NCBI GenBank assembly: GCA_045541135.1 | Contig: JAZQIO010000028.1 | Location: 104,854 to 168,853, forward strand | Direction of reading: 5' to 3' | DNA: 64,000 nucleotides | Origin: Clostridia bacterium | GTDB lineage: Bacteria > Bacillota > Clostridia > Monoglobales > Firm-18 | Shown here: piece by piece, positions 42,541 through 53,025 of the stretch | How positions within the stretch are numbered: the stretch's first letter is position 1 | Layout of the letters: each line of letters starts with the position of its first letter | Notes under the pieces: model-generated | Database searches by the model: none | What the model saw: only the letters and a program-made list of their open reading frames with translations | Told to the model about the DNA's origin: nothing | Translations under genes and position numbers: made by a program

Positions 42541-43449
42541 TTGAAAATTTCAGAACAATACGTAAAGAACCATAAAACATCAGGCTATTACATTTCTGAA
42601 GAAATCCGTAATGGTTTTACAACATACAATAACAGAAACAAATGGGATGACCACGTTATAGATGACTGCTTGATATTTTCCCACAGAGCTACCCAATATA
42701 CACGTAAAAATTTCAGTGAAGGTTTACATACTCACGAATATTATGAAATGATTGTTTATATCGACGGAGATGTTGAATATGTTAAAGAAAACACTTTAAT
42801 AAAGCCAAACCCATATTCCGTTATATGGTTTTTACCGGGACAAATGCACACGGCACGCTTACTTTCTGCATCCGAATACGAAAGATACGTATTCTATTTT
42901 TCAAAAGATTTTTTCAGATTCAATGATATTAGGATACCTATGACAGACTTTATGGATAAGGGAAATAATGTTGCCATTAACCCTGATATTACGGAGATAA
43001 AGGAAATTCTAACAAAAATACGTTATCAATCCAATTCCAAAAGTCCACTTAGCGGATTGTTAACAAAAACATATATCACAGAATTATTTGGAATACTCAA
43101 CAAAAATGATATCGCCACTTCAAAAGGTGAAGTATTCAAAGATGATATGATGCAGATAAAAAATTATATAGATAACGAATTTGCATCAATCAATTCAACA
43201 TCGGAAATAGCTGAAAAATTTCATTACAGCCGTGAACATTTATCAAGAAAATTCAAAGATATATTCAACATTTCAATTTCAGAATACATTTCCAAACGTA
43301 GAATTATTGAAAGCTTGCCGATGTTAACAAAAATGCGTGGTGCAGATGCCGCTTACAGTGTAGGATTCAAAAGTCAATCCTCCTACATTGCTGCATTTGT
43401 TAAAAACATAGGATGTCTGCCATCGGAATATAAAAAACAAAAAAACTAA
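42541..43449 (+). CDS. AraC family transcriptional regulator
   Basis: LHTHEYYE cupin, HLSRKFK, VGFKSQSSY...F. Likely TTG start at 42541 behind GGAG. Confidence 0.92.
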   Translation: MKISEQYVKNHKTSGYYISEEIRNGFTTYNNRNKWDDHVIDDCLIFSHRATQYTRKNFSEGLHTHEYYEMIVYIDGDVEYVKENTLIKPNPYSVIWFLPGQMHTARLLSASEYERYVFYFSKDFFRFNDIRIPMTDFMDKGNNVAINPDITEIKEILTKIRYQSNSKSPLSGLLTKTYITELFGILNKNDIATSKGEVFKDDMMQIKNYIDNEFASINSTSEIAEKFHYSREHLSRKFKDIFNISISEYISKRRIIESLPMLTKMRGADAAYSVGFKSQSSYIAAFVKNIGCLPSEYKKQKN

Positions 43450-43467
43450 ACAAATACACGTTTCAAA

Positions 43468-43499
43468 AAAGTACGACAGCGAAATCGCCGTCGTACTTT
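43468..43499. terminator. Bidirectional terminator
   Basis: Stem AAAGTACGAC / GTCGTACTTT between convergent genes. Confidence 0.75.
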
Positions 43500-43507
43500 A
43501 AAAATTA

Positions 43508-46500
43508 TTAATTAAATATTTTATGTGGTGCAAGTGGAACTGCTGTATTTAATGTATCCAGAAGGAATACCTTTGTTGTAACAGTTTCGCTATTTAAAGT
43601 ATATTCATAATCCACAAGCTTTTCGGTTACAGGTTTTATATGTTTATCACAAATAGCACCCTTGCTGTTATAACCAACTATAATAAGTGCAGGCTGCAGG
43701 CCGTAATTTTCATTCATTGAAGAAACTGAAGCCTTAACGGTTTTACCTGTATTTGTGGCACTTAATGTCCATGAACTTGGTGATACCACAGTCATTCCGT
43801 AAGTTCTTGTGAATGTGAATTTTCTGTTTGCAACCTCCGTATCTGAAACTGTTCCAGTTGCTGTAAAAGTTATTGGTGTAGGCTCTTTAACTTTTGTAAG
43901 CATCCTACCGGTTGCGTCAAATATTGACGGATTACCGGAAGTCCAAGTTACACCGTTTATTGTAGGAACTTTAAGACTTCCGTCAACAAGTGAAGGATTT
44001 CCTCCATACAATTTCAAAGGCAAGGCATTTAATGAAGCGAAACGCGTATCTTCTTCCTTTTCAATTTCATAAATCTTGATGTTTTTAATCCATACGTATG
44101 AACCTACTGAACTTGCATCCATAAATTTAAGCTGGAAATCAGGCAAGTATGTACCCGGTTTTTCGGTCCATGTTACAACGCCGTTAGTACTCTTTGAAAC
44201 AACATTGTATGGGAAGTTCATAGCCTTTCCTTCTACTACATCGTTTATAAACATTGTGTATGTCTTGTTTACTGTATCAAACACAATACGAAGCTTCCAT
44301 TCCTTATCAGCTTCAAAATTCTGAAGACCTGCATTACTAACATTAAGTTTTACATAATCCTTTTGAGTATCTTCTGTACGGATAATTTGAAGAAAATTTG
44401 TGTAAAGTCTGGTATTTATAAAGCTGTTAACATCATCTGTAAGGTCATCATTACTTGTACCAAAATCCCAAAAGGCATAAGTACTCTTTATAACCCCATC
44501 TTCCATACGTTCAGTAGTAATTTTTTGCTGTAATATCATTTCAACAGCATATACACCGGACATAAGGTTTGTGGTTGTTTTGGTCTGATTTTCAATATCT
44601 TCAATAATTCTATTGAATCTGATACGGCCTACAGTATTTGTAGTACCATTTGGTTTACCATTCGACTTTTGTGGAACAGAAACTATGTTTTCAAACTTGA
44701 TACCGTCTTTGCCCATATTTGTAGCCTTATAATATTCGTGCTCAGGAATGTAAACCTGCAAAAGTTCAGGATTTACTGCAGAGTCATATATTAAAGTACC
44801 TGCATGTGGGTCAACATCAGGTTCTTCAGGTGCAACTACACCGTCAAAAGTGATTTTACCATCTGTTACGGTAAATTCATATTCTTCACCGTCATAAGTT
44901 ACCTTATTTGCAAGTGCCGCACTAAATGTAACATCATTAAGTGCTGAAGCGTCGCCGTCTTTTATGGAATAGTCAAGAACCTTGTCGTTAAGTACAAATG
45001 CCGCAGAAGTTTCTTCCTTAGTTTGCATTATAAGGTTTCCATTCTTTGATACATAAGTACCGTTTACCATATATACAGATTTGATAAATCCAGTATCGTA
45101 CTGTTCAACAAGCAATGTCTGTGCATCTGTTTCGTAACCGCCAATTTGAACAACATCCTTTAAGCTTGCATCGTTAAGATGATAGTAAATGAAATTCCTT
45201 GATTCTTCTGTTGCTTTATTTGTTACAGTAAATTTAAAAGCATTTACCTGGTTTTCATCATAAGTTGTTTTAATAGGAGTTGTTGTAACCTCAAAGTCTT
45301 CACCAACATTCATCGGAACAACAATTGTACTGAATGTTGTTGTGCTTGCATCGTTTTTAGTTTTCTTATAAACTGCCTTATGGCTGTCTATAAACTGACC
45401 CGAACGTTCGGAATACAAAGTTTTAACCTTTGTTACTTCATCAAATTCATCGGGGTTTACAGGAACAAGCATAACATTTGGCTCGTTCTCAAAGTTACTT
45501 CTTACAATCTTATTTTCATCAAATGTCATGTTTGAGCCGGGATACAAGAGCCAGTTTTGTGTATAAACATTTTCAGATGTGCCATCATTTGGAATAACGT
45601 AATCTGTTATAATGTACATTTTAGCATCCTTTAAGAATGTTACACTACGCTGTGCCTTCTGTGATGTTGTATATGCATCCGTTGAATATTCAATAAAGTC
45701 ATAATGCAGGTTACTGTCGAAGCATTCTTCCTTACCATCCTTACTTGTAAGAGTAGCCGTTGCAGTTTTTATATCAGGATCTATTGCATTAGTTTCCGGA
45801 TCAAGATAATTTTTATAGTCGTTTACAGTAAGAATATTATGCTGTTGCGGGCTTATCATATAATTACGGATATTACCTGTAAGGACAGCACCGTAACCCG
45901 GGTCAACAAGCAGGAACTTGCCGTAAGCATACATTGAAACGGAAAGTGCATCCTTATGACCATGTGAACCTACCGCCTTATTTGTAAAGCCCATAGCAAC
46001 TGCATCGGCCGACCAGTCTTCACGCATAAATGTACGTAAGCCATAAGGGTAGTTTGTTGTAGCATTTTCAGGCAACCAACCCTTAGAACCACCACTTGAC
46101 ATATATGCTATAATTGGATCACCTTCAAACAGATTGTTATACCATGTTGTAAAAGTAGATTTTTGAGTAGAGTACGGATTTGTACTGTCACCGAAACCAA
46201 AACCGCCGCCACCGGGAGCTGACTGTTTGAAAAGTGACATTACAAGATTATAAATAACATTTTCTGTATTTTCATTATATGGAGATTCCGAACCAAACGC
46301 ATTTATCAAAGCATAAGGTGATTCAAATGTATCAAGAATAGTACCTGTATAACCCTGTGAAAGCTCAAGTGACATGCCGTCTTCAAACACAAAGTCGTTT
46401 GTTACTCGTTCGTTTTCCGCTCTTGTAGTTTCAAGCCAGTCATTGTATCTTACAAATTCAGGATATCTTGCACACATGGCATATACGGCACCAGTTGAGA

Positions 46501-48883
46501 AGGTTGCCCAGTTATTATAGTGTACGCCGTATTCATTATAGTTTTTATAGTCTGCTGAAAGCCACAAATACTTTAACATTGCAGTAAATCTGTTTGGTGT
46601 CATGTAAGGGCTGTTTATAAGTCTGAATACATCCTGAGCAAAATGTATGATGTGACATGAATTATCAAGTGAATTAAAGATATCAGGTTCTACACCTACT
46701 GAGTTTATAAGGGCCATATTCTGTCTTATAGTTGTATAACCGTATTTTTCATAGTCAGGGTCATATGCAGCATTATCTGTTTTTCCACTTTCCTTAAGAT
46801 ATTCCATGTAGCTGTAAAGATTAGCAAGTGAACTAAGCTCATCTCCACGGTGATAGCTACATGTTTTACCCTTTACGGACGTGCTGTTGGATGTTACATA
46901 GTCCCAACACATCATATCGTTTGCTGAGAAGTAGAAATGTTCGCTGAATGTATCAAAGCATACATATTCTTCCTGCCAGCTACTATCACTGTGCCAATAC
47001 AAAATCATTAATTTTTCAGCATCGCTACCGTTATGGTTTGCTGTAAATTTAACGTAGGCATTAGTAGCCTTTGAGCCTTTTTTTATGCCTGAAATATCAA
47101 AGCCAATATATGCTCTCTTAGTTCTGTCATCATGGTTTCTGTGAACACCTGATTCTTCGGCAAGAAGTACGGTTTCACTACCATAATTTGTTTTTGAATA
47201 TGAACCTGCCTGAATGTATGAGTCTTTTATAGCAGGACATTCATGGGTAGTACCGTCTGAAAGTGTAACTACAAGCACAGGAGGTGTTGAAGATTCCTTT
47301 GAATATATTATTGCCTGATTTTTGTACTTGTCAATTGATGCAATCATGGTAGAAAAACAGGTGAATGTGCCTAAAGCTTCATTAAGTCTTCTTGTTACGT
47401 CAACTGTAATTTCACTTTTGTTCTTTGGAATTGTGAACATATTAATAGGATCGCATATATTACTTACAGGATATGTATTACGTGAAATAAATTCATACTT
47501 CAACTTATAATATTCCAAATTAGTGGCACTAATAGATGTTTGCTTTGTCGCCTTTTCATCAAAATGACGCTGGTAATAAGCCTTAAGCTCTGCCTTTGCA
47601 GTTTCATAGTTACCTGCTTTTGATGCTGCTTCTACCTTTGCCATATCGGGGAAATCGGCATATCTGAAATATGGTTTTAATTCCCAGCTTCCCTTTGTGG
47701 CATTCCATTTACCAAAGAATGCTTCATCAGAAATGAACATAGGGTCATCAAAAATTGGATAACCGTCTTCTATTTCTCCACGCTGTGGCATTGTGTACCA
47801 TTTTTCTGCATCAGAGTCTGCCGAAGGATTAATTGTAGCTGATACAGCAACCCTGTTACTAAGACCTGTAACATTCATTTTATATGAGGGTCTTAATGTA
47901 ATAAGCTTACCGTCTGCGGTTGTGCCTTCAAGATCACAGAAAATCTCAACATAAGTTGGGTCAGATGCAGATTTTCTCTGTATTATACCAAACTGATTCA
48001 TAACATTATGGTCTGAGGACTTCCATTTAATACCCGGAATATCCCATGGCAATGTAACGTTTGTTGTTACATTATCAGGGTCAGCCACAAGAGTTTTCGG
48101 GAAACCTGCTACAATAGCCTTTGTTTCTTCACTTAGATTTATAGTGTTGCTGGTATCTGCTTCCACAGTTACGGAGCTTATATCCAGATATGAATCCTTA
48201 GCCATTCTTTCCATACTTGAAATATTAAAACCGTCTACAAAGCCTTTACCTGCCTTGCCTGAATTTACATTAGCAGAAGTACCTGAAACAATTTTGCTGC
48301 CGCCGTTAAGCTGAACTGTAAATTTATCGTTTACAGTATCTATGTTAATAACCATAGTATTTTCTTTTCCGGATGCATAAGAATTCAAACTACCGTTTGT
48401 AATATTATTGCCAGATGAAGAGCTTGAGTTAAGTACAGTTACGCTTTTTTCTTTAATTCTCAGGTATGCAAAGCCGGGAATAGTAAGATGATAAAAAGCA
48501 CTTCCACCTGCTGTGGAATCATTTTTTATCTTATACTTAAGTGTAAGCTTTACATTTCCGGAAAAGCCCTGAGTTTTTACCACAGAATCCGCATCAGAAT
48601 CCAAATCCTGATAAAGACCAAGGGCAATAGTACCATCCCATTCGCCATTATTGGTTTTACCATCTGCTTTATAACGTGTTTGATCGTCCTGAGTAATTTT
48701 TACTCCGTTTCCGCTTGCAGCAAATGTACCATGTGTAAACTTTTCAGTTACCACCCAGTTATCAAATGCCGAATAGTCAAATGTAGAGGTTGTAGCCTTG
48801 ACATTTTCAGGCATAACCGGAAGTATGGTAATGCACATTATGGCAACAATTACCAGACTTAATATTTTTTTATGTATTTTCAT
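43508..48883 (-). CDS. Large secreted multimodular heparinase II/III-like lyase (module+Ig, lyase with DNRLRE-like insert, module+Ig, unknown C-terminal domain)
   Basis: Signal peptide from MKIHKK (ATG 48883); YNNWATF, ELSQGY, FGDS, FMREDW, HGHKDALS, LVDPGY, QHNILTVN; clearly paralogous to 13167..16829; no SLH. Confidence 0.8.
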   Translation of the reverse strand: MKIHKKILSLVIVAIMCITILPVMPENVKATTSTFDYSAFDNWVVTEKFTHGTFAASGNGVKITQDDQTRYKADGKTNNGEWDGTIALGLYQDLDSDADSVVKTQGFSGNVKLTLKYKIKNDSTAGGSAFYHLTIPGFAYLRIKEKSVTVLNSSSSSGNNITNGSLNSYASGKENTMVINIDTVNDKFTVQLNGGSKIVSGTSANVNSGKAGKGFVDGFNISSMERMAKDSYLDISSVTVEADTSNTINLSEETKAIVAGFPKTLVADPDNVTTNVTLPWDIPGIKWKSSDHNVMNQFGIIQRKSASDPTYVEIFCDLEGTTADGKLITLRPSYKMNVTGLSNRVAVSATINPSADSDAEKWYTMPQRGEIEDGYPIFDDPMFISDEAFFGKWNATKGSWELKPYFRYADFPDMAKVEAASKAGNYETAKAELKAYYQRHFDEKATKQTSISATNLEYYKLKYEFISRNTYPVSNICDPINMFTIPKNKSEITVDVTRRLNEALGTFTCFSTMIASIDKYKNQAIIYSKESSTPPVLVVTLSDGTTHECPAIKDSYIQAGSYSKTNYGSETVLLAEESGVHRNHDDRTKRAYIGFDISGIKKGSKATNAYVKFTANHNGSDAEKLMILYWHSDSSWQEEYVCFDTFSEHFYFSANDMMCWDYVTSNSTSVKGKTCSYHRGDELSSLANLYSYMEYLKESGKTDNAAYDPDYEKYGYTTIRQNMALINSVGVEPDIFNSLDNSCHIIHFAQDVFRLINSPYMTPNRFTAMLKYLWLSADYKNYNEYGVHYNNWATFSTGAVYAMCARYPEFVRYNDWLETTRAENERVTNDFVFEDGMSLELSQGYTGTILDTFESPYALINAFGSESPYNENTENVIYNLVMSLFKQSAPGGGGFGFGDSTNPYSTQKSTFTTWYNNLFEGDPIIAYMSSGGSKGWLPENATTNYPYGLRTFMREDWSADAVAMGFTNKAVGSHGHKDALSVSMYAYGKFLLVDPGYGAVLTGNIRNYMISPQQHNILTVNDYKNYLDPETNAIDPDIKTATATLTSKDGKEECFDSNLHYDFIEYSTDAYTTSQKAQRSVTFLKDAKMYIITDYVIPNDGTSENVYTQNWLLYPGSNMTFDENKIVRSNFENEPNVMLVPVNPDEFDEVTKVKTLYSERSGQFIDSHKAVYKKTKNDASTTTFSTIVVPMNVGEDFEVTTTPIKTTYDENQVNAFKFTVTNKATEESRNFIYYHLNDASLKDVVQIGGYETDAQTLLVEQYDTGFIKSVYMVNGTYVSKNGNLIMQTKEETSAAFVLNDKVLDYSIKDGDASALNDVTFSAALANKVTYDGEEYEFTVTDGKITFDGVVAPEEPDVDPHAGTLIYDSAVNPELLQVYIPEHEYYKATNMGKDGIKFENIVSVPQKSNGKPNGTTNTVGRIRFNRIIEDIENQTKTTTNLMSGVYAVEMILQQKITTERMEDGVIKSTYAFWDFGTSNDDLTDDVNSFINTRLYTNFLQIIRTEDTQKDYVKLNVSNAGLQNFEADKEWKLRIVFDTVNKTYTMFINDVVEGKAMNFPYNVVSKSTNGVVTWTEKPGTYLPDFQLKFMDASSVGSYVWIKNIKIYEIEKEEDTRFASLNALPLKLYGGNPSLVDGSLKVPTINGVTWTSGNPSIFDATGRMLTKVKEPTPITFTATGTVSDTEVANRKFTFTRTYGMTVVSPSSWTLSATNTGKTVKASVSSMNENYGLQPALIIVGYNSKGAICDKHIKPVTEKLVDYEYTLNSETVTTKVFLLDTLNTAVPLAPHKIFN

Positions 48884-49016
48884 AAACACACCCCCAATAT
48901 ATAGCAACATTATACCATAAAACAAGATAAAAAAACACTTAGAATATTACACAAATATTACAAGCTTTTTTATGCAAAAAAACAGTACAGTTTAATCTGT
49001 ACTGCCTTTAAACATT

Positions 49017-49751
49017 TTACAATATCCAGCATTTTGTATTAAGTTCATCCCACTTTTCATCAAAAACTGCAATATCGATATCGTCAATTGATACAAGCTT
49101 ATAAAGTGATTTTGTGTTGAATTTTTCACTGTCACACAAAAACACTCTTTTTTTCGCAGATTCAATCATCAGCTGACGAAGATAATTTTCTTCCGCTGTG
49201 GAATCCGTAATCATTCCGTTAATATCGATACATTGTGACGAAAAAAATAAAATATCCGGATTAATGTTTTTTACCGTATTATATGCAGTTTCACCTGATA
49301 AAACAGCTGAACCGTTTACGGACAATCCTCCTGTACAATGAGTTTTTATACCTATATTTACAGCATTAATCGCCGTTATCATGCTGTTTGTAAATAGTGT
49401 TACATCCTTATGCTTCGCTATATACGGTATTAAAAAGCTTGCAGTTGTAGAACCGTCAAGCATTATACTTTGTCCATCCTCCAAAAGCGTGGAAGCCTTA
49501 AGGGAAATCTTTCTTTTACCCTTTATATTCTTTGACATTCTACTGTTTAAATGTTCAACCCGATTTATGCCATCGAGAATACTTGCACCTCCGTGAGTAC
49601 GCTTTATATAACACATATTTTGAAGATGTGTTAAATCTCTGCGTATGCTTGAAGGAGAAGCATATGTAGTCTGTGCAAGCTTTTCAACAGTCATATGCCT
49701 GTATTCATGAAGTAATTTCAAAATCAGTTCCTGTCTTTTAGATATGCTCAT
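49017..49751 (-). CDS. DeoR/GlpR family transcriptional regulator
   Basis: SIRRDL.HL...RTHGGA HTH, LDGSTT, TNS, CDSEKF. Confidence 0.93.
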   Translation of the reverse strand: MSISKRQELILKLLHEYRHMTVEKLAQTTYASPSSIRRDLTHLQNMCYIKRTHGGASILDGINRVEHLNSRMSKNIKGKRKISLKASTLLEDGQSIMLDGSTTASFLIPYIAKHKDVTLFTNSMITAINAVNIGIKTHCTGGLSVNGSAVLSGETAYNTVKNINPDILFFSSQCIDINGMITDSTAEENYLRQLMIESAKKRVFLCDSEKFNTKSLYKLVSIDDIDIAVFDEKWDELNTKCWIL

Positions 49752-49887
49752 TTCATCACCCATATTGCTCATTTAAATAAATTATTTGATTATTTATCAA
49801 TTATATCGCCAAATATTGAAAACAAACAATCAATTGATATAATTATATCATAAAACATAATTTAGTCAACAAAAGGAGAGTAAACTT

Positions 49888-50201
49888 ATGGAGAGGTTAT
49901 ACAAATACAAGACCGAAATGCATTGTCATACTGCGCAATCAAGTTTAAAATGCGGAAAATTGTACCTCCCGGTATATGTGATGGCATAGAGGTATTTAAC
50001 TCCCATCCGAGACACGATTCGAGAAACGACATAGCACTTGCCTGGGCACAAAAATATAATTTAAATACGATAAGCGGTTCAGATGCCCACAAACCACAGG
50101 ATATGGCGTTAAGCGGAATCAGAACAAAATATGAAATCAAAACATCTGATGACCTTTTAAATACACTTAAAAGCTGTGATTATAAACTGATTACTTTATA
50201 A
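49888..50201 (+). pseudogene. PHP-domain phosphoesterase pseudogene (internal deletion plus frameshift)
   Basis: RBS and ATG 49888 give MERLYKYKTEMHCHTAQSSLKCGKL (PHP N-terminal HxHT), with a stop at 49987. A different frame continues DGIEVFNSHPRHDSRN...SGSDAH (PHP C-terminus); the middle of the domain is absent. Confidence 0.8.
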
Positions 50202-50214
50202 GGAGGTATAAAAA

Positions 50215-51087
50215 ATGTTACTTTCAGTTGATACAAATGTGTTAAGAGATAAATATGACGATATAACTGCAATCAAAATGATTAAAGAAGCGGGTTTTGA
50301 TGCATACGATTACTCAATGTTCCGTGCAAAAGGTGAACGTGATATGCTTGAAGACGATTATATTGAGAGAGCTCGGAATTTGAGGAAGATTTCAGATGAA
50401 ATCGGAATACTTTGCAGACAGGCACATGCTCCTTTTTCTTTTCAATACACAAATAAAATTGATATTTCTGACCCTGAATATTTAAAAATTGTACGTTCTA
50501 TGGAAGTTGCATCAATTTTAGGTGCAAAAAACATCATTGTGCATACAGTAAAAAAAGACTTGCCTGACGGTTTTGAACTGGAGGATTACAGCAGAGAATT
50601 CTACAGAAGTTTTATTCCATACTGCGAAAAATACAATATAAGCATTTCCGTGGAAAACCTTGTTGGCAGACACCCTGAAACAAAAGAAAAATTTGAAGTA
50701 TTCAGCAACCCCTTAAAGCATATAGAATTTGTAAAAAGTCTTGAAAGTAAATACTTTAATATCTGTATTGATGTGGGACATTCAGCACTTTTGGGATATA
50801 TGCCTGAAGATGTAATAAATGCTATGGACAGTAGCTTGTTCAAAACCATACACATACACGACAATGACTTTGAACGTGACAGCCATGTACTTCCCTATGA
50901 AGGAAAAACAGATTGGGAAGCAGTAACCAAAGCTCTTGCAAATGTTGGATACGAAGGCGATTTTAGTTTTGAACTTGAAGGTTTATTTTACAGGCTTGAT
51001 GATGCTCTTTTACCTGCAGGGTTAAAATTTGCCGAAGCAACAGGCAGAGTACTTATCGAAAAAATAGAAAATACGAGGAATAAATAA
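50215..51087 (+). CDS. Sugar phosphate isomerase/epimerase (xylose-isomerase-like TIM barrel)
   Basis: AGFDAYD, QAHAPF, VEN, CIDVGH, HIHDND...DSH.LP..G, FE. Confidence 0.88.
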   Translation: MLLSVDTNVLRDKYDDITAIKMIKEAGFDAYDYSMFRAKGERDMLEDDYIERARNLRKISDEIGILCRQAHAPFSFQYTNKIDISDPEYLKIVRSMEVASILGAKNIIVHTVKKDLPDGFELEDYSREFYRSFIPYCEKYNISISVENLVGRHPETKEKFEVFSNPLKHIEFVKSLESKYFNICIDVGHSALLGYMPEDVINAMDSSLFKTIHIHDNDFERDSHVLPYEGKTDWEAVTKALANVGYEGDFSFELEGLFYRLDDALLPAGLKFAEATGRVLIEKIENTRNK

Positions 51088-51782
51088 TGTTTGATGATAT
51101 AAAAAAACGTGTTTTAAAGGCTAATCTGCTTTTAAAAAAAGAAAATTTAATTACACTTACATGGGGAAATGTGTCTGAAATTGACAGTGAAACAGGATAT
51201 GTTGTAATTAAACCTTCAGGAGTGTGTTATGAAACTATGACTGCTGAAGATATGGTTGTGGTGGATTTAAACGGTAATGTCGTAGAAGGAAAGTGGAACC
51301 CCTCCTCTGACACTCCCACACATCTTGAGCTTTACAGACAATTTCCCGAAATAGGCGGAATAACACATACCCATTCAAGATGGGCAACCATTTTTTCACA
51401 ATGTGGTATGAACATCCCTTCCTTAGGCACAACACACGCTGATGCCTTTTACGGTGAAGTGCCATGCACACGCAAATTAACCGAAACAGAAATTAATGGT
51501 GAGTACGAACTTGAAACAGGAAAAGTTATTGCAGAGTATTTTACAAAGGAAAACATAATGACTGTACCGGCAGTTCTTGTTAATTCTCACGGTCCGTTCA
51601 CATGGGGAAAAGATGCAATGAAATCTGTTGAAAATGCAATAATACTTGAAGAAGTTGCAATGATGGCATGGCACACAATAAAACTCAATCCAAATGCAAA
51701 ATTACAACAGGAACTTTTAGACAAGCACTATTTGCGTAAGCACGGAAAAAATGCGTATTACGGACAAAAGGAGAACAAATAA
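51087..51782 (+). CDS. araD: L-ribulose-5-phosphate 4-epimerase
   Basis: [53 protein letters not shown]. Confidence 0.96.
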   Translation: MFDDIKKRVLKANLLLKKENLITLTWGNVSEIDSETGYVVIKPSGVCYETMTAEDMVVVDLNGNVVEGKWNPSSDTPTHLELYRQFPEIGGITHTHSRWATIFSQCGMNIPSLGTTHADAFYGEVPCTRKLTETEINGEYELETGKVIAEYFTKENIMTVPAVLVNSHGPFTWGKDAMKSVENAIILEEVAMMAWHTIKLNPNAKLQQELLDKHYLRKHGKNAYYGQKENK

Positions 51783-53023
51783 TGATAATAGACAGTAAAA
51801 AATATAACGGAATGTGTTCTTGCGGAAAAGAGCATAAAATGGTCACTGAACTTTGTATTATCGAACAGGGCTGTATGAATAATATACAGCCTTATATAAA
51901 CGAATACGGATTAAAAGGTTATTCAGTGGCAATTTATGATGAAAATACATATAAAGCAACTGAAGGTATACATCCTGAAGTGGACAAAGAGATTGTACTC
52001 CCACCGGAAAACTTACATGCTGATAATCACGGTGTTTCTTTGGCATTAAAGGAATTTCCTGAAAAATGTGACTATTTAATTGCCGTAGGTTCGGGAACAG
52101 TACACGATATAACGCGTTACTGTGCTTTCAAAAAGAAAATACCTTTTATATCATGTCCTACTGCCGCAAGTGTTGACGGATTTTGCTCCTCCGTCGCCGC
52201 AATGACTTGGGACGGATTCAAGAAGACTTTTGAAGCATCAGCACCGAAAATTGTAATAGCAGACCTTAACATTATATCTAAGGCACCAATATTTTTAACA
52301 AATTCAGGATTTGGCGATATGATAGGAAAGTTTATAGCACTTGCCGACTGGAAAATCTCAAATGTTCTTACAGATGAATATTTTTGTAACAAAATACACG
52401 ATATGACAATGGACGCTACAAAAGCAGTTATAGAAAGTGCAGAAGAAATAAAAAGCGGAAACATTACTGCTTTTGAAAAACTAACATACGGTCTTTTGAT
52501 GTCAGGACTTGCTATGCAACTTTTAGGAAATTCACGTTGTGCATCAGGGGCAGAACATCACATTTCGCATTTAATAGAAATGCAACCTGACGGGTTAAAT
52601 GTCAGTTCAGATGCTCTCCACGGCGAAAAGGTGGGTGTGGGAACCCTGATTGCCTGCAAGGAATATCACAGACTTAAAAACAGCAAAATAAATTTTAGAG
52701 ACTATCCCCAAATTAACATTGATTACATCAGAAATATTTTTGGTGAAAAGTTGAGTGATTCAATAATAAAAGAAAATGAAAAAAACTGCGCTTATGGTAT
52801 ATGTGCAGATATGTTAAAAAGCAAATGGGATAAAATATGTAATATTATAGACACAATACCAACTTTTGATAATTTGAAAAAAATTTATGAATTTCTTGGT
52901 GTCAAATCAACCTTAAAAGACATAGATGTTGATGAGAATAAGCTGAATACAATTTTAGAATATTCTCCGTTAGTACGAAACAGATTGACGCTAATGAGAT
53001 TAAGAAAAACTATGGAGGTATAA
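51782..53023 (+). CDS. egsA: sn-glycerol-1-phosphate dehydrogenase (AraM/EgsA-like)
   Basis: N-terminal CSCGKEH, GSGTVHDITRY, TAASVDGF, GFGDMIGK..ALADW, ASGAEHHISH, HGEKVGVG. Confidence 0.88.
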   Translation: MIIDSKKYNGMCSCGKEHKMVTELCIIEQGCMNNIQPYINEYGLKGYSVAIYDENTYKATEGIHPEVDKEIVLPPENLHADNHGVSLALKEFPEKCDYLIAVGSGTVHDITRYCAFKKKIPFISCPTAASVDGFCSSVAAMTWDGFKKTFEASAPKIVIADLNIISKAPIFLTNSGFGDMIGKFIALADWKISNVLTDEYFCNKIHDMTMDATKAVIESAEEIKSGNITAFEKLTYGLLMSGLAMQLLGNSRCASGAEHHISHLIEMQPDGLNVSSDALHGEKVGVGTLIACKEYHRLKNSKINFRDYPQINIDYIRNIFGEKLSDSIIKENEKNCAYGICADMLKSKWDKICNIIDTIPTFDNLKKIYEFLGVKSTLKDIDVDENKLNTILEYSPLVRNRLTLMRLRKTMEV

Positions 53024-53025
53024 AA

